This document shows positions 50,065 to 63,480 of a stretch of DNA of 64,000 nucleotides, piece after piece. Both the position numbers and the translations under genes were made by a program. This stretch comes from Podarcis gaigeae. Taxonomy: Eukaryota. Location of the stretch: assembly GCA_964106915.2 (NCBI GenBank), contig OZ066929.1, one strand, 5' to 3'. Position 1 is the stretch's first letter. Each line of letters opens with the position of its first letter. The notes beneath the pieces were generated by a model. The model saw only the letters and a program-made list of their open reading frames with translations. It was not told the DNA's origin and ran no database searches.

Positions 50065-50869
50065 TGTCGTAAAGCCACTTCTGACATCAGGAGGAGGTGG
50101 TGTTGCGGGCTTCACGCCCCCAACACGCGCACAGAGGCTGGATTCCAGCCCCCGCACAATCAGGGGAATCCTCAGGCCGCGTCATCCTCTGAGCCAGCCA
50201 ATCGGCTGGCGCGGGGTGTGTGGCTTGCCTCATTTAAGGCAAGTGCAGCCCCGGGATCTCCCTCTTTGGTCTGCGCAGCTGCTGTTGTTTCCCACCCACC
50301 CGCCCTTTAAGGTTCCCCCTTCTGACCTTGCTATGGACCTCGGCTGGTCACCGTTAAGGGGCCTGGTAGGAATTTTTTCCACTTGGCAAATTGGCACTAG
50401 CCATTTGGTTTTTCGCCTACCTCATAGCAAATCGTTACAACTCCTTTGGTTTTGGCAGTTAGGCATTAGTAGGGGTATTGTTATGTAGATGTGTTGGGGG
50501 GAGGAGCGCCATCATCTCCCCCAAATATTGAAGGGTAGTCCGGTCAAGGATTCTGGGGGGCGTGGCCTCGTCCGAAGCCTATGGAGGCCAGGGCCTAAAG
50601 CGCGCCCCCGAGTGGTGACCTCAGGGGAGTCCCTAGTTGATGTGCATCAGCAGGGCTCCCCCTGCTGGTGTTAACCCTTCCCAGTCTTCAAGCAAACAGG
50701 CTGAAGCCGGATAGACTGAAGCCGGATAGTCGGATAGGACCAATGCCTAAGCCAATACTACTCTTTACCTGTAACCAATAAAGTTGTGATCAATTTTAGC
50801 CCATTAACCTAAAACAATGGTGTCATGTGTCTTTATTTCTACTGGGGGAAGGCGGGAACTCGCCATGCA
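50065..50869 (+). mobile_element. Solo-LTR-like retroelement relic (TG...CA)
   Basis: GC/CpG-rich block with sharp edges. CCAAT at about 50198, TATA-like 'atttaagg', AATAAA at about 50777, TG start and CA end. No clear TSD. Confidence 0.65.
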
Positions 50870-51874
50870 ATGCATAAAGTCAGCAACATCCAGCAGTTTC
50901 ACAGAATCCCACAGTTCTGGAGCGCAAACATATACTCCCATCATGTAACACCACAGACTCAAGCAATAATTCAGTGTGGATTCATTCTCTCTCTTACACC
51001 TTGAAAACATTTCTGCAACTATTCATTTTTGCTGCATGTACAAGGGTGGGAAGACATTCAGCCCACAGCCACTCCTGGCCCATTCAACCCTCAATCCACT
51101 AGAAACGACCATCCCGTTGAAAAAGCATGCGTTGTTAGATGTTCACATCACACACACACACACGCAATACTGTCATTTTTCATTTGCAGTAAGCTTCCAC
51201 CTGAAAGAACCCCCTTGCAACCTCCCCCACTCTAAAAGCTGAGCCCCTCTGCAGCACGTGAGCCAAACCTGGGTGGGGAAAGGCAGCCATTCATTTGCAA
51301 GGCAGCCGCTTTACCTTGAATTATTAATGCTAACCTACGCCAGCAATTTTCCACCAGAGAGAGCTCAGCCTTAATTGTTATACCAATAAAGCCAGGTTGA
51401 AACGGTCTACCGGTACGGCGTCCTGGGTAAACAGGTTTGCCTGAGAGGCGCCTGGCGGTCTATAAACAATCTTCCCCCACTGCTGAAATGCTTTTGGCAT
51501 GAGAGTTCTCATTAAAACACCCCTACCTTGGATTTCAATCATCAGCTAATTATTATTAATTCCCCCTCTCCTATCTGTATGCTTTTCAAGAGAGGCCCTC
51601 TCTCTTGCTTCAGCGAGGAAAGCTTCCATGTCCACATGATGCAAAAGCCCCTTTTAGCAACAAATGACAATAGTTTAGAAAAGCTATTTCTTCACTGCAC
51701 ACAAATGCTCCTTTCCAATGCAAGCCCAACAGGATTTGCACAAGAGTGTCCTGGAACAGCTCCCATTAATTTCTAGGTGGGGTTGTGTTTTCTTTTCTTG
51801 GGGGGGGGGGAGAATGCAACAGATTGGACACAACATTATGCATGTTCCTACTTCAGTACCCCCTTACCTAAGGA

Positions 51875-52275
51875 AGGACACAACAGAGGTTTCTAAAATT
51901 ATGCGTGGTGTGGAAAAAATTGGGAGTTTTCTTGCTTTCTCATAATACTAGAAACCTACTGGGGTTCCCTGGTTGGCTGGATATTGAGAAAAGGCAAAAG
52001 GAAGGGCTCTTCACAAAGCAAACAATAAACTGGCGGAACTCTCTGCCACGAGTTCTGGATGGGGTCTCTATCTTAGAGGATTTTAAAGGGGGATTAGGCC
52101 TCCGTCTCCATGGATTTGTCTATTAATTGCTCCTGGTTATGATGGCTATATGCGCCCTCCAAGTTCAGGCTCAAAGTCATTGCGAAGCAACAATAGGAAA
52201 AGGCTACTGAATTTACGTGCTGGTTCTAGGCTTCTGTTGAAAGCAGATTGTTGGATCTGATCCAGCAGGGCTATT
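51875..52275 (+). mobile_element. CR1 LINE 3' end fragment
   Basis: Remnant resembling 'EV.KIM.GVEK' followed by a CR1-type 3' UTR ('tttaaaggggattag'). Confidence 0.6.
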
Positions 52276-55200
52276 CTAAAGTGATGTTCTTCTTTTGAAC
52301 CAAAGCACCTCCCTGGATAAGTCCCACCAATTCAGAAGACAAAAAATGAAGAGTGCTTCCAATCCAGCCTTTCCTGATCGGTGGTTAAAACATATTTAGG
52401 TTAGCATCGCAACCACTTCACCCACTAAAGCTACTCTGTGATTTGGAGAATGTTTACTCTCCCTCCCCTGCTAAGACAGGCTCTACAATGCTTGGTTAGT
52501 AACAGCCAACAGCATACCAGAAGAAAAAGCATGTTTAAAACAGGCTGAATAACAGATTTGGTACATAGGAATACTGAATGCAAACACAGTGTGATGGAGA
52601 AAGAGGGAAACCTTGGCTGTGAGCACTAATACCCCAAATGGGGAGACACAAAAAATTGCAGGGGTGTCACCATTATTTGAAATGAAGGCTGAGGCATGTC
52701 AATCCTGGGTCAGACACTAGAGGGCACAGAGAGACCAAGGCATGGCATCATTTGCCCATGAGCTTTGAAAGGGCTGTGGGTGCATGCATGGGCCCCTTTG
52801 GACAAACCAACCAAAGCAACAGCTCAACAAATGATTCAGTCATGATTTCTAAGCATGCAAACAGAAATTCAAGGGCAGGATTCTCAGATGTTATCCCCTC
52901 TAGGCTTGTAAAGGCTGATACTTCCTTGGGATCTGTGGTTCACTCACCTACTTTCCTATTCAGCATCAACCAATTACTTCTTGTCCTAATTAGGCTGGAC
53001 AAATGTTCTCTCTCTTCCATATATTACATGGAACGAGGCTGTTACCCCCTCATCGCCACCCTTCCCAAATAGAAGATGCTCCTCTCAACTGCTTGCTTTT
53101 ATTTATTTCCAGTGAGAGGGAAGGCCAAAAGCAGACATGTGATGTGTTATTATCTATCAGAGCTGACCCTGTCACCACTAGAACAGGCTGTACAGATAGC
53201 AGCAGGCTTCTCCCCTCCTTGTGCTGGCGGTGCGGAATGTGCTAGTTCCAAGGTTGTGGTAGCCTGTGAAAAGTTTAAAGATCAGCAATGAGAAAGGGCT
53301 ATACAAGGAAGCTGAGGTAAAGATTGAGGGGGTGGCAAGGGGCGGGGATAGAACTCTTGCAGCCTTAATAAAAAGAGAGTGCATGTTTTTAGTTTTTTGC
53401 TAACCTCTCGAGGGGCTTCCAGCCTCCTCAGGGCTTCATATATAATACAAGCAAGATCCCAGGTTCCCCATCTTTTTGTCACACTGCAGCATGACCAAGA
53501 AAGGCACCAAGGATACGGCTTTATATACAGGTTCTCTGCAACTCCTGCTCAGATCTCAATGAAGTCTTTGGATCAACAGGAAACAAAACTTTGAATTCCC
53601 AAACCAGTCTAAGCTGCTTATGTTCCTCACCTGTGCATCATTTCATGCTGCCTGGCATCATGATAGAAGGCAATGCAAGTCCGCCAGCTAGGAATTAAAA
53701 GTTCAAATTGGCAAATGTCTCACATATTGTCATAGGAAGGAACATTTTCTCCTACATTCCAGATGCCTTGAAAATTGAGGATTTGCTACTATAACACAGG
53801 TTTGCTTTATGGCTGAGTTGGGGACCAGATGGCCCTCCAAATGCTGCTAGACTACAACTCCCATCATCTCTGGCCAAGAGCCCTGCTGGCTGGAGATAAT
53901 GGAATCTAAAGTCTAAAAACACCTGGAAGATCAGGTTCCTCAACCCTGTGCTTTAAGGCATTTTAAATATGGAGCAAAGGTGGGGAGGCCCCATAAAAAG
54001 CAACTAAACCATAATGGAGAAAGCACTAAAAGCCAACTTCTACTATTACCCATTTATATTAGACTTTGTATCCCTGACACCTCTACCTGCCTGCCCAGAA
54101 AGAATGGTTTTGGAGAGGTCTGCCAGATGGTCTCCAGTGAATAGCAAAAGTAGTGTCACATGGCTGAGGGGCCATATGCTAATGCCTTCTGGGGAGAGAA
54201 GCCATACTACAGTCCTCCAAGCTTAATGTACATTGGGTATGTGTACATTGGGTATGCATGAAGTTTGCATGCTTCATGTACTAAGGTTAGTGCAACTGTG
54301 GAGTCCCTCTTCAGATCCTCGCTGTTGACCATGGGGCCAGCCACTACCTCTCAGCCTTTCCTCATCACAGGCTTGTCGCGAGGAGAAAAGTAGATGGGAT
54401 GAGGCCCTTGTACACTGTGTTGAACTCGGTGGAGAAAAGACAGGATGTGCATAAAACTGACTTAAATAAAACTACAGCCTCAGGTTTGACCCCTTGCAGT
54501 GTCTCCAGTTAAAGGGATGCCTGGAACCTTGGAGAGCTGCTACCAGTTGAAGCCATTCTGACCAAACCAGCCATCTTTAATCCTTCCAGGTGTTTTTGAC
54601 CTCTATCTCCCATCTAACACAGCTAACACAGTCAATTGCCAGGGGTGATGGGAGCTGTGGTCAAACAATATTGGTTAGTTAGGGTGCCACAAGGCGAAAG
54701 AGTAAGACCTGGTCTAAGACATCTTAATGATGAGGACTCAGTACAGGGGGAAGCAGTGCCAGCCACTCAAAAACCTCAATCTGTTTTCTCTCCAGTTAGT
54801 CTGCCTTCTCAGAGAAGAAAAACCCAGGATACGAAAGATACAGAAGTCTCTGTTTCTTGGGTTTGACTTGAGTTCTCATAAGCTACTGTGAGGTCTAATG
54901 AGGGAGATGCCTTTCCTACGCATTAAACACAGACATTGGTTATTCTATTTTTCAAGCTGTGCAAGTACACTGTACTTGGTGCAAGATGACATCAGCATCG
55001 CGACTCCACCCAAAGTGCTGGGTATGCTGGCACAATCCATTTATTTATGTGAATGACATGGAAGAAATGCTCCAGTACATTCCTGATGCACAAGAGCAAC
55101 TGGCCTCAGAGAAAAATAGCAAATTTCTGCTATGGAAGCATCATTTATCCCACAGCGACATCCTGCTGATGACAACGGCCCAATTACCCCTGGGCACGCT

Positions 55201-56832
55201 GCCCTCTAAGAACAGATTCTTTAATAAGAAAGCTAATTTAGTCCCATCTCAAGAGAATGTGGCATCAACTTTTCTTTTCGAGGTTTGCTGACTCCAGAAA
55301 TACATTTTTAGCCAGGCACAGAATGAAAGATAGCAAAGCACCCTGCCGGGTCATTTCAACCCATTAAAATTCCAGTGGTCTACCACTGACAGTACCAGCT
55401 AATCCTATGTACAGAAGTCTGGGATTAGTTTTCAGAAGCCTCACAGCACACTGACACAATGCTAGGCCTGATCCACTGGGAATTTGCACTGAATCTGCTC
55501 ATTTGCAATTAACACAAGCTGCACGTTTCCATGTGCAACACACAACTATTTCAAATGGGATTTGAATAAGGGAAAGTGCTCAGTGAATCCTGCCCACTGT
55601 TTTTCCTTCTTCTAGCCTGGGGCGAGAAAGGAAGAGAGAAAGCTATCATTTCCCTCGTCTGTCATTTAATGTGTTCGCCACAGCTCTCCAAACAAGGCAG
55701 ACGCAGCACATTTTATAGAAACAACAATACATCACAGCAAGCCGCCGCCACCGCCATAACAAGGCAGTCAACCAAAGTAGCTTTAGGCTGGGAATCAGCC
55801 CTAAATAGTTTTTATTTGGGGTGGGTATTCTACTATGAGTAGTGGATTTCTTAGAGTGGCACGTTGCTCTTCAATCAATAGAGAGCATCTAAGATTTGTA
55901 AAAAAGAAGAGGAACACCAGCCTTCATCTCTTTGGCAAACCATCATTCCTCTACTCCAGAAGGAAATGAGTTAACAAGGGAACTGGATCCAGCCCCAAAG
56001 AACTCTGCACACATTCCCAACAGCACCCTAAGCAGGTTAAGTAGCCTGCATAACTGCCTGAGGAGCTGCTCAGAGCCCTGGAATTTTTACAGTTTCCTTC
56101 AGAGAGTCAAGGAGTACAGATTGCAGCTCTCTCTCTCTGCATTGTTCTTGGCTTTCTCTTTTCTTGAAAGACAAAGAACAGCTCTAAGGGAAAGCTTGTG
56201 AATATTCATGAGATGTCTCTTTCTTAGCCACATTCTCCCTGAAAGAGAGAACCGCCTGCCAGGTGACGACTTTCATGTTACACCTCTGCAGCCCCAGCAA
56301 TAAAAATTCACTCCACACTGTAATTCTCCTCCTAGTCTCACAGAATCCCCACGCTGCAAAATTAGCTCTGAGCTAGGAGAAGACACGGTTTCTTATGATT
56401 ACTAAGGTTGCCATCATAACCTAAATATAGAGATGTGACACCCACGAAAAAGCAGGCAGATTTAGGCACTATCCTTGCCTTTCAGTGGGTAGATCCCAGG
56501 CAAGATGGCTGCTCATTCATGTAGAAGTGTCTAATTACATCTACAAAGTTTTGCTCTTGTCACAGTGACGCCTCTGACGCTGGTTGATTGAGCTGGCGCC
56601 ATGGCATGGAATGTCCACAAACATTCCACCTGCTCAGGAAATAGAGCTGTCAGCCAAGAATAACTGTCAGTTGGGCTAAGCTTAACACCTTACAAATGCC
56701 CTGTGGAAGGAGAAGCTTAATGAGAGAGGAGCAAAAGAAGACTCAAAAGCTCGAGCTTGATTTTCCTTTAGAAAAAGAAAAGAAAATGAGAAGTGTGGCT
56801 GGTACATAACTTCAGGCTCAGACACAGACACC

Positions 56833-57009
56833 CAGGGCTTTTTTTAGGGGGAGCGGACAAAGTTGTTGAGCTCCATTGTGCAGCAACAATCGCCATGCCA
56901 ATGCGATTGCCGCCCACCGGCGCACAACCCCAACCTAAAGAGATGCCCAAACACACCTAAGAGGTGCTGGAACTCAGTTCTGGTGAATTCTGGCTGAAAA
57001 AAAGCCCTG
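56833..57009. mobile_element. hAT-like MITE
   Basis: CAGGGCTTTTTTT ... AAAAAAAGCCCTG TIRs with a degenerate 8-bp flank (cagacacc/cacacata). Confidence 0.65.
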
Positions 57010-57244
57010 CACACATATAAAGTGCCCTCAAGTGTTTTTCACTCCAGAGTGATTCCCTGCAACCAGCATGAGATGTAATGTGCAACGTGAGTCTAAAAGT
57101 CTTTAAAAAAAAAACCCTTGCTGGATTTGAGTTAACCTATTAACCCTATCTAATCCTTCTACTCGAGACCACATTTAGACTCAAACATGACATAACAGCT
57201 GGAGGTGAACCTTGCAATGCACACGTCTACATGAAAATGCAAGA

Positions 57245-58250
57245 AAAGAGCCTGGCTGCTGTATCACACCAAGGGCTTGTCTAGTCCAGCAGTCTGTTCT
57301 CACAATGCTTATGTGAAGACCACCAGTATGAGCACGGTAGTTCCCTTGCACTTGTGATCCTCAGCAGCTAGCATTCAGAAACATATTTTGCATGGCATAG
57401 AGAAAGTAGGTATCATCACAAAACATCAGACATGAAATGAAGAATGGATTGTGATCAACTTGGATGGCTTTAAAAGAGGATTAGACCAATTGTCTACCAA
57501 TGGCTCCTAGCCATGATATCTATGATCTGTCTTCAGGGTTGGAGGCAGAAATGCTTCTGAATAGCAGTTCATGGAATGCCCACAAACATTCCACCTGCTC
57601 AGGAAATAGAGCTGTCAGCCAAGAATAACTTGGAATAATAAAGAATAAATGAGGGGAGGTTGCTCTTGTGATTAGGCCCTGCTTGACAGTTTTCCACCAA
57701 GCATCTGGTTAGCCTCCTTGAAAACAGTATGCTGCACTACAGGGTTCATTGGCTTGATCCAGTGGGTTCTTCTTAGCTTCATATATGGCCCCTCATCCTG
57801 AACACAGTATACGGGCATGATGACTAGTAGCCTCTGATTGCCTTAACCTCCATGAATTTGTCTAATTCCCCTTTAAAGTTGGTGGTCATCACTACATCTT
57901 GTGGTAGAGAATTCTATAGTTTAACTATGTGCTATGTAAATAAGTACTTCCTTTTGTCCGCCCAGAATCTCCCACCAGCCAATTTGCTAGATGACTCTGG
58001 GCACTAGTTTTATGAGAGGGCTCTAACCACTTTCTCCACAGCTTGCATAATTGCAAACAGCTCTGTCTTTTCTCCATTAGACCTTTCCTCTAAACTGAAA
58101 AGCTCCAAATATTACAGCCTTTCTGCATAGAGTAAAGTAACCAGAACTCCACACAGTTTTCCAAGTGTGGTTGTACCATAGATTTGTATAAAGGTGTTAC
58201 GATATAAGCTACATTATTTTCAATGCCTTTTCTAATGACTCCAACATGGC
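57245..58250. mobile_element. Cluster of nested, degraded CR1 3'-end fragments in both orientations
   Basis: 'ttggatggctttaaaagaggattagac' on the + strand, and 'gaattctatagtttaactatgtgc...aagtacttccttttgtcc' on the - strand. Confidence 0.6.
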
Positions 58251-60668
58251 TTCAGAAGATTCTGCCTGGTCCTTCTAGTAGGAAGCATCAACCCTATCAG
58301 GAATGTCCTCTAGCAGCATCTGGCAAACTGGGCATGCTGAACTGGTCCTGTCATGTATCATATATATTCAGTCATAGATCAAGAACTCTAATCACCCTAA
58401 TGTTTATTATGATGGCAATGCTTGTCAAAGCATTTACAAGATCATGACCCATGATAGCTCTTCTCCCAGGTGATTTCCTGAGCATGGAGAAACTGGCTCA
58501 GACCATATTTTGGCACTGCTAACTTCAAATCTGGCAGCCCATCTTAATGCTTCAAGCAAATGTGCAGGAAAATCTCACCACAAAGTGAGATATCAATGTT
58601 AATTCTGCACTGATACTTGCGCCTATAAAAACACCCCTTTCTGTAACCTACGTAGTAAAGCAAAGATGCAACCACCCAAAAAAGGTTACAATGGTAGTGA
58701 TCCCATTCCAAAGCTGTTATGGCTCTCATCGTGTGTGGACATGTTGATAAGGAAATGGTGGAGAATTACACAGGATTTACAGTATTTGTTCTCAGAAAAA
58801 CAACTATGCCCCCATAGTCAGTGCAAGATCTAAACAGCTTTAAAATGTAACAAGAAGCCAATAATGGGTTTGCATTGCCATTTAGATACTCCTAAAGCAG
58901 CAGCTCCTCATATCAGCTTGGGGTATATTGAAAAACATTTGCAAATGACAGCAACCATACAGGAAGAAGCCTGATCACACCCTTACCCCTTTCCCCCCCC
59001 TTTTTTTTTAAAGGGATGACTGTTTCTGGGGGAAAGAAAAAAGGAATTGATCTCAGCTAGTCTGCAGAGGCAGTTGCCATGTCAACCTATCCAGTAATTC
59101 CCCAGGAATTGGATTGGAAAGGAGGAGTGTGCTTTGATGGCTCTGGAGATATCAGAGGAAGAAGATGCAAGGAAGGTAAATGTGGTGTCAGTTCTGAAAG
59201 AAGGAAGAGGCTGGGGAAACTAAGAATGGACACACTCACCAGGTCCAAAATTTTAGTATTTGGAAGCAGAAGTTGCTGACTGACCCAGAGAGCATTCTTA
59301 ATAGGATGGAGATAGAACAGATACCCCAAGCAAGTGCCTATTACAAGAGTGTTGGAGAGTTCTGGGTTCAAGTCTCCACTGTGCTCAGTAACAAACACAG
59401 GACCAAATATCACAATAGAAAAGGGGTGAAAATGAGAAGTAGAGAGAATAGCATATGAAAAGTAGAAAGAAGAGAGCTAAAAAGAAAGAGCACAGGCCTG
59501 ATAGCCTGGATTAAGAAGCAAGAGAACATTCTTCTTAATGCTGTCACTGTGGCGGCCAAAAGAGAACTCAGCGAGAAGGCATGAAGTCCACTCTTCTAAA
59601 CAGGAACATTGGGAATGGTTGGCATGGGCTGCCACTTTCCCCTAGGTCTTCCTAAACATTTTTGCAAATTCACTTTTATACTTAGTTCAGCTGAAATAAC
59701 AACACTAATAAAAAAGATGTAATTCCATAATCTGTAAGTAACCAGTGACTAGGTCCCGCTGAATTCAGTGGGGCTACACTGGAGTATAAACATTCATAGG
59801 CATGGCCTGCACTACTAATAAGAATGAAGGATGTCTCATTGTGGCTAGAAAGCATTCTGGCCAGCAGAATCATTGCAACAACTGTAGTTAAAATGTTGTG
59901 GAAAGGTATCAATAAATTTGCAAGAGACACTGTTTTATGGCTGTCCTGATTATGTTCTTGATAGAAGCTCTTTAAAGCTTGGGGGTGGAGTGTGGGAGAT
60001 CATAAAACTAATAGCCTTGCTATTTTTCATAGCAAATATTTTCATTCACCCACAGTGGACTAAGCCAAGACACTTTATGAAGCCATTAAAATCAGAGCGT
60101 AGGCAAAATTAATTAAAATCTTTTAAAAAAATATTAAGAAACCTACATTTCCCGACAAAGAGGAGAGATGGGGAGGTCCATGTGGCTGGTGGAAGCTGGT
60201 GAAAAGGCAAATGTTGTTAAAGAAATATGAAACGCCTACTCTGATACACTTACCTAAAGATCACTCTTCGTTTTCTGCAACTGACCACAAGCATCCACAA
60301 TGTCAGAATATTCCAAGACAGTTAGGAACTGCCAACATGCACATGGATTTTAGTTCATTTTCTTCAATCCATATGACATTCTATCAAACTTGTGACAGCT
60401 TATAATCAGGAAGGAGCCTAGTTCAGCTCCATGATTCGTTCACCTTTGAAATACCCCTTGGATTCCACTTCATTTGTCTTCAATACATAATCAAAGATTT
60501 TGCATGAACATCAATACTCAAAAAAGTAAAAATCTCTAGTTTCCCCGGGGATGGGGGTGGGGAGAGATAATAAAATTGTAAAAATATTGAAGTCTGTTAT
60601 ATAAGGGCACAAGTGTACTTCCTTGCAGGGAGATGTTTTTAACACACACTCTTAGTTTTTGCCATTTT

Positions 60669-60923
60669 GAGAGCCAGTGTGGTGTAGTGGTTAAGAGCGG
60701 TGGACTTGTAATCTGGTGAACTGGGTTCGCGTCTCCGCTCCTCCACATGCAGCTGCTGGGTGACCTTGGGCCAGTCACATTTCTCTGAAGTCTCTCAGCC
60801 TCACTCACCTCACAGAGTATTTGTTGTGGGGGAGGAAGGGAAAGGAGAATGTTAGCCACTTTGAGACTCCCTAAAGGGAATGAAAGGCGGGATATCAAAT
60901 CCAAACTCTTTTTCTTCTTCTTC
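60669..60923 (+). mobile_element. Squam3-like tRNA SINE, full length
   Basis: gagagccagtgtggtgtagtggttaagagc head, B box and (CTT)n tail, with CATTTT on both flanks. Confidence 0.9.
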
Positions 60924-63013
60924 ATTTTTAAAAGGGAATAAATCTTTATTATTGATTATGATGATAAATATCCCAGATGCCTTTAATGAAGGGATTTTTG
61001 TTTTAAGTATGGTATTTATTTTTATAAAAAGAAAACCAAAAGTTCACAGCTGCATAGCTACATAATCAGAGTTGAAAGAGAACTTGTGTCATCAAGTACA
61101 GTCTCCTGCTGATAAAAGAAAACTCCAGATTTCTAGGAAGATTTTATATCGATACAGATATCCTATTCAAGTTCCCCCAGTTTTCAGTTTTCGTTCTTTA
61201 TTCACCTATATTAAGACTGTAAGAAGAGCCAGGTGTAGCAAACCAAATCAGGCCAGTCACCCATTTAGTCAGGCATCTTGTTTTCATGGTGGCCAAGTAG
61301 ATGTCTATATATAAGCAGGACTTGAGCGCAACAGCAGCTTCTCACTTGCGTTTCTCAGCAACTGGCATTCTGAGGCATATACCTTCTGATAATGGAGGTA
61401 CAGTAGTACACAGCCATCGTGAATAGTAGCCATTGATAACCTGATCCTCATCCATGAATTTGTCTAATTACTGTCCAGAGTGGCTGGGACAACCCAGTCA
61501 GATGGGAAGAATACATTTGTTGTTGTTGCTCCTCATTTATAGTCATGTACGTCGGCAGCCATCACTACAGTTATCTTCTGTGACTGAGACTGCTCCTCTC
61601 CTGGAAGTACTTTCAAACACTGCTGGAGGTATCTGGATAGCCATGAATGGACAGAGAATGCTGAACTTGATATACTTTTCATCTGATCCAGTGAGACAAT
61701 TCTTATCTTGTTCACTAACTCCATCTACAAAAAATAACCAAACAGCTGCCCTTCCCCATATGCTCTGACATTTGATCAGCTTCTGAGAGAATGAGGTCCT
61801 CTGCATGACAAAAACATGTGTGACTTGTTTGCCCTCAATTTAGAAGCAAGGACCGGGCCTTCTTGCAGAGCTGACCAGACATGATTGCATTCAGTTCCTT
61901 TTGATCACCAGTCACCTGTTTGCTAAGGTGTTGTTGTTTTTTTAATGTTATTTGTGTTGGTTTCTGCTTCCATCACTGTGCAGCAAAATGCTTGTCACAA
62001 GACAATTGTTTACATTCCACAGTCAGTTACTGTTACTGGGTTCCCACGGGAAATGGGAGACTGGATGTGACGTACACTGGCTTCCTGTTTTTCACTGTTC
62101 TCTCGGTGTTCTTTGTTTCCTAGAGAGTTGCTTCTCTGCTCTCACAGAGGCAAGATGCATGTTTGTATTCTCTCAGCATGGAGTGGAAATAAAGTTAAGA
62201 ATGTGGCACATACTGCTTATCCTTCTGCTGTGTGGACTACTCTGCTTGGGCTCAAGATAAGACGAGCCTGTATCAGCTTCAGATGGGCCGAAGATGGTCA
62301 AAATCTCACAATTTGCTACTAATATTCCCTCCTCTCAACAACCGGCACAGCTGCTTTACAAGACCAGAAGGTACCTCTGGAAGTGACACTTCCTCAAGTA
62401 GCACTTCAGCCTTGACATCCACCACTCTTCTGCTCCCATTATTTGCCCATTTAGTTCCTATTTTCCTGGTCCCTACCCCTGTTAAATCACTCACACTGGA
62501 AGGATGCTGGTTGAAATTTTGTCAGTGTGAGGAGCAGCCCCTTTAAGGGTATCAAAATGGCAACGCAGATCCATAATCAGCCTGTTGTTATCCTTCATGA
62601 CTATTTACAGCTCAACAATGATTATAGGGGAGAGTGGTTTTTCCTAGAACAAATGCTGTAAATTCTGTGTAATTCTTCACCATTCAGTTATCAACCTGTC
62701 CACACATGACAAAAGAGATATATCTCCTTTCAGTGGGAGTTATTGTTCTTCATAGTTCAGCTCCTTCTTCTCGAAGTTAAACCTCTGAGCAGGGGGCAGA
62801 TGTGCTGTGTCGTCCAATGAAATTGAATTATCTTTGGAGGAAGGGTAATGAAATCTTATGAGCCCACAAAGAGGAGATATGTACCACAGGGTAAAGCAAA
62901 AATCTCTCAGCACTGCCTTCTGGGAACAGCCTACAGGTAAGAATAGAACCAGTACAAGACAGGCCTACCCATACCCAACTCAGACATGCTTTCCAGAAGT
63001 ATACCCTGGCTAT

Positions 63014-63480
63014 TAGGCCTGAGCGATATACCCATATATCGCCCAGGACCTGTATTAGAGGTGGACTGTGATGACAGTTTCATTCAACTGTATACCACTG
63101 GTGAAACCACCGCCTCCTGAGTCCCTCTGCTACCAGCGCCGAGCACGCTGATGGAGAAACAAGCTGCAGCCGGCCACTGGAGGCAGAGGGACTCGGGAGC
63201 AGTGGCGGTTTCACCAGCGATATACCACTGAGTGAAGTCACCATTGTGGTATGCCCTCATACTGCTGCAGAGGGAGAAACAGCCTGTCCGCACATCTTGC
63301 CCATCCAGGGAGGGTGAGGGTGCCTGCTCACTCCCCCACCCTGCCCGTGCCAAGGAAGTGGGTGGGTGAAGCAGCATACAAACAGTGTTGGCACACCTGC
63401 CTCATCCGCCACTGCTTTGACATGGACTCCTTTCCGACACTGTGATATATCGCGGTATTGAGCTGGCAGTATGTTATGGT
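63014..63480. mobile_element. hAT-like non-autonomous element, partial
   Basis: TAGGCCTGAGCGATATA terminus, CpG-rich, with an internal inverted repeat at about 63097-63217. Confidence 0.55.

Noticed and set aside
49735-50488. 191-aa and 205-aa overlapping ORFs
   Set aside because: GC-rich LTR-like sequence with few stops. No domain was recognised.
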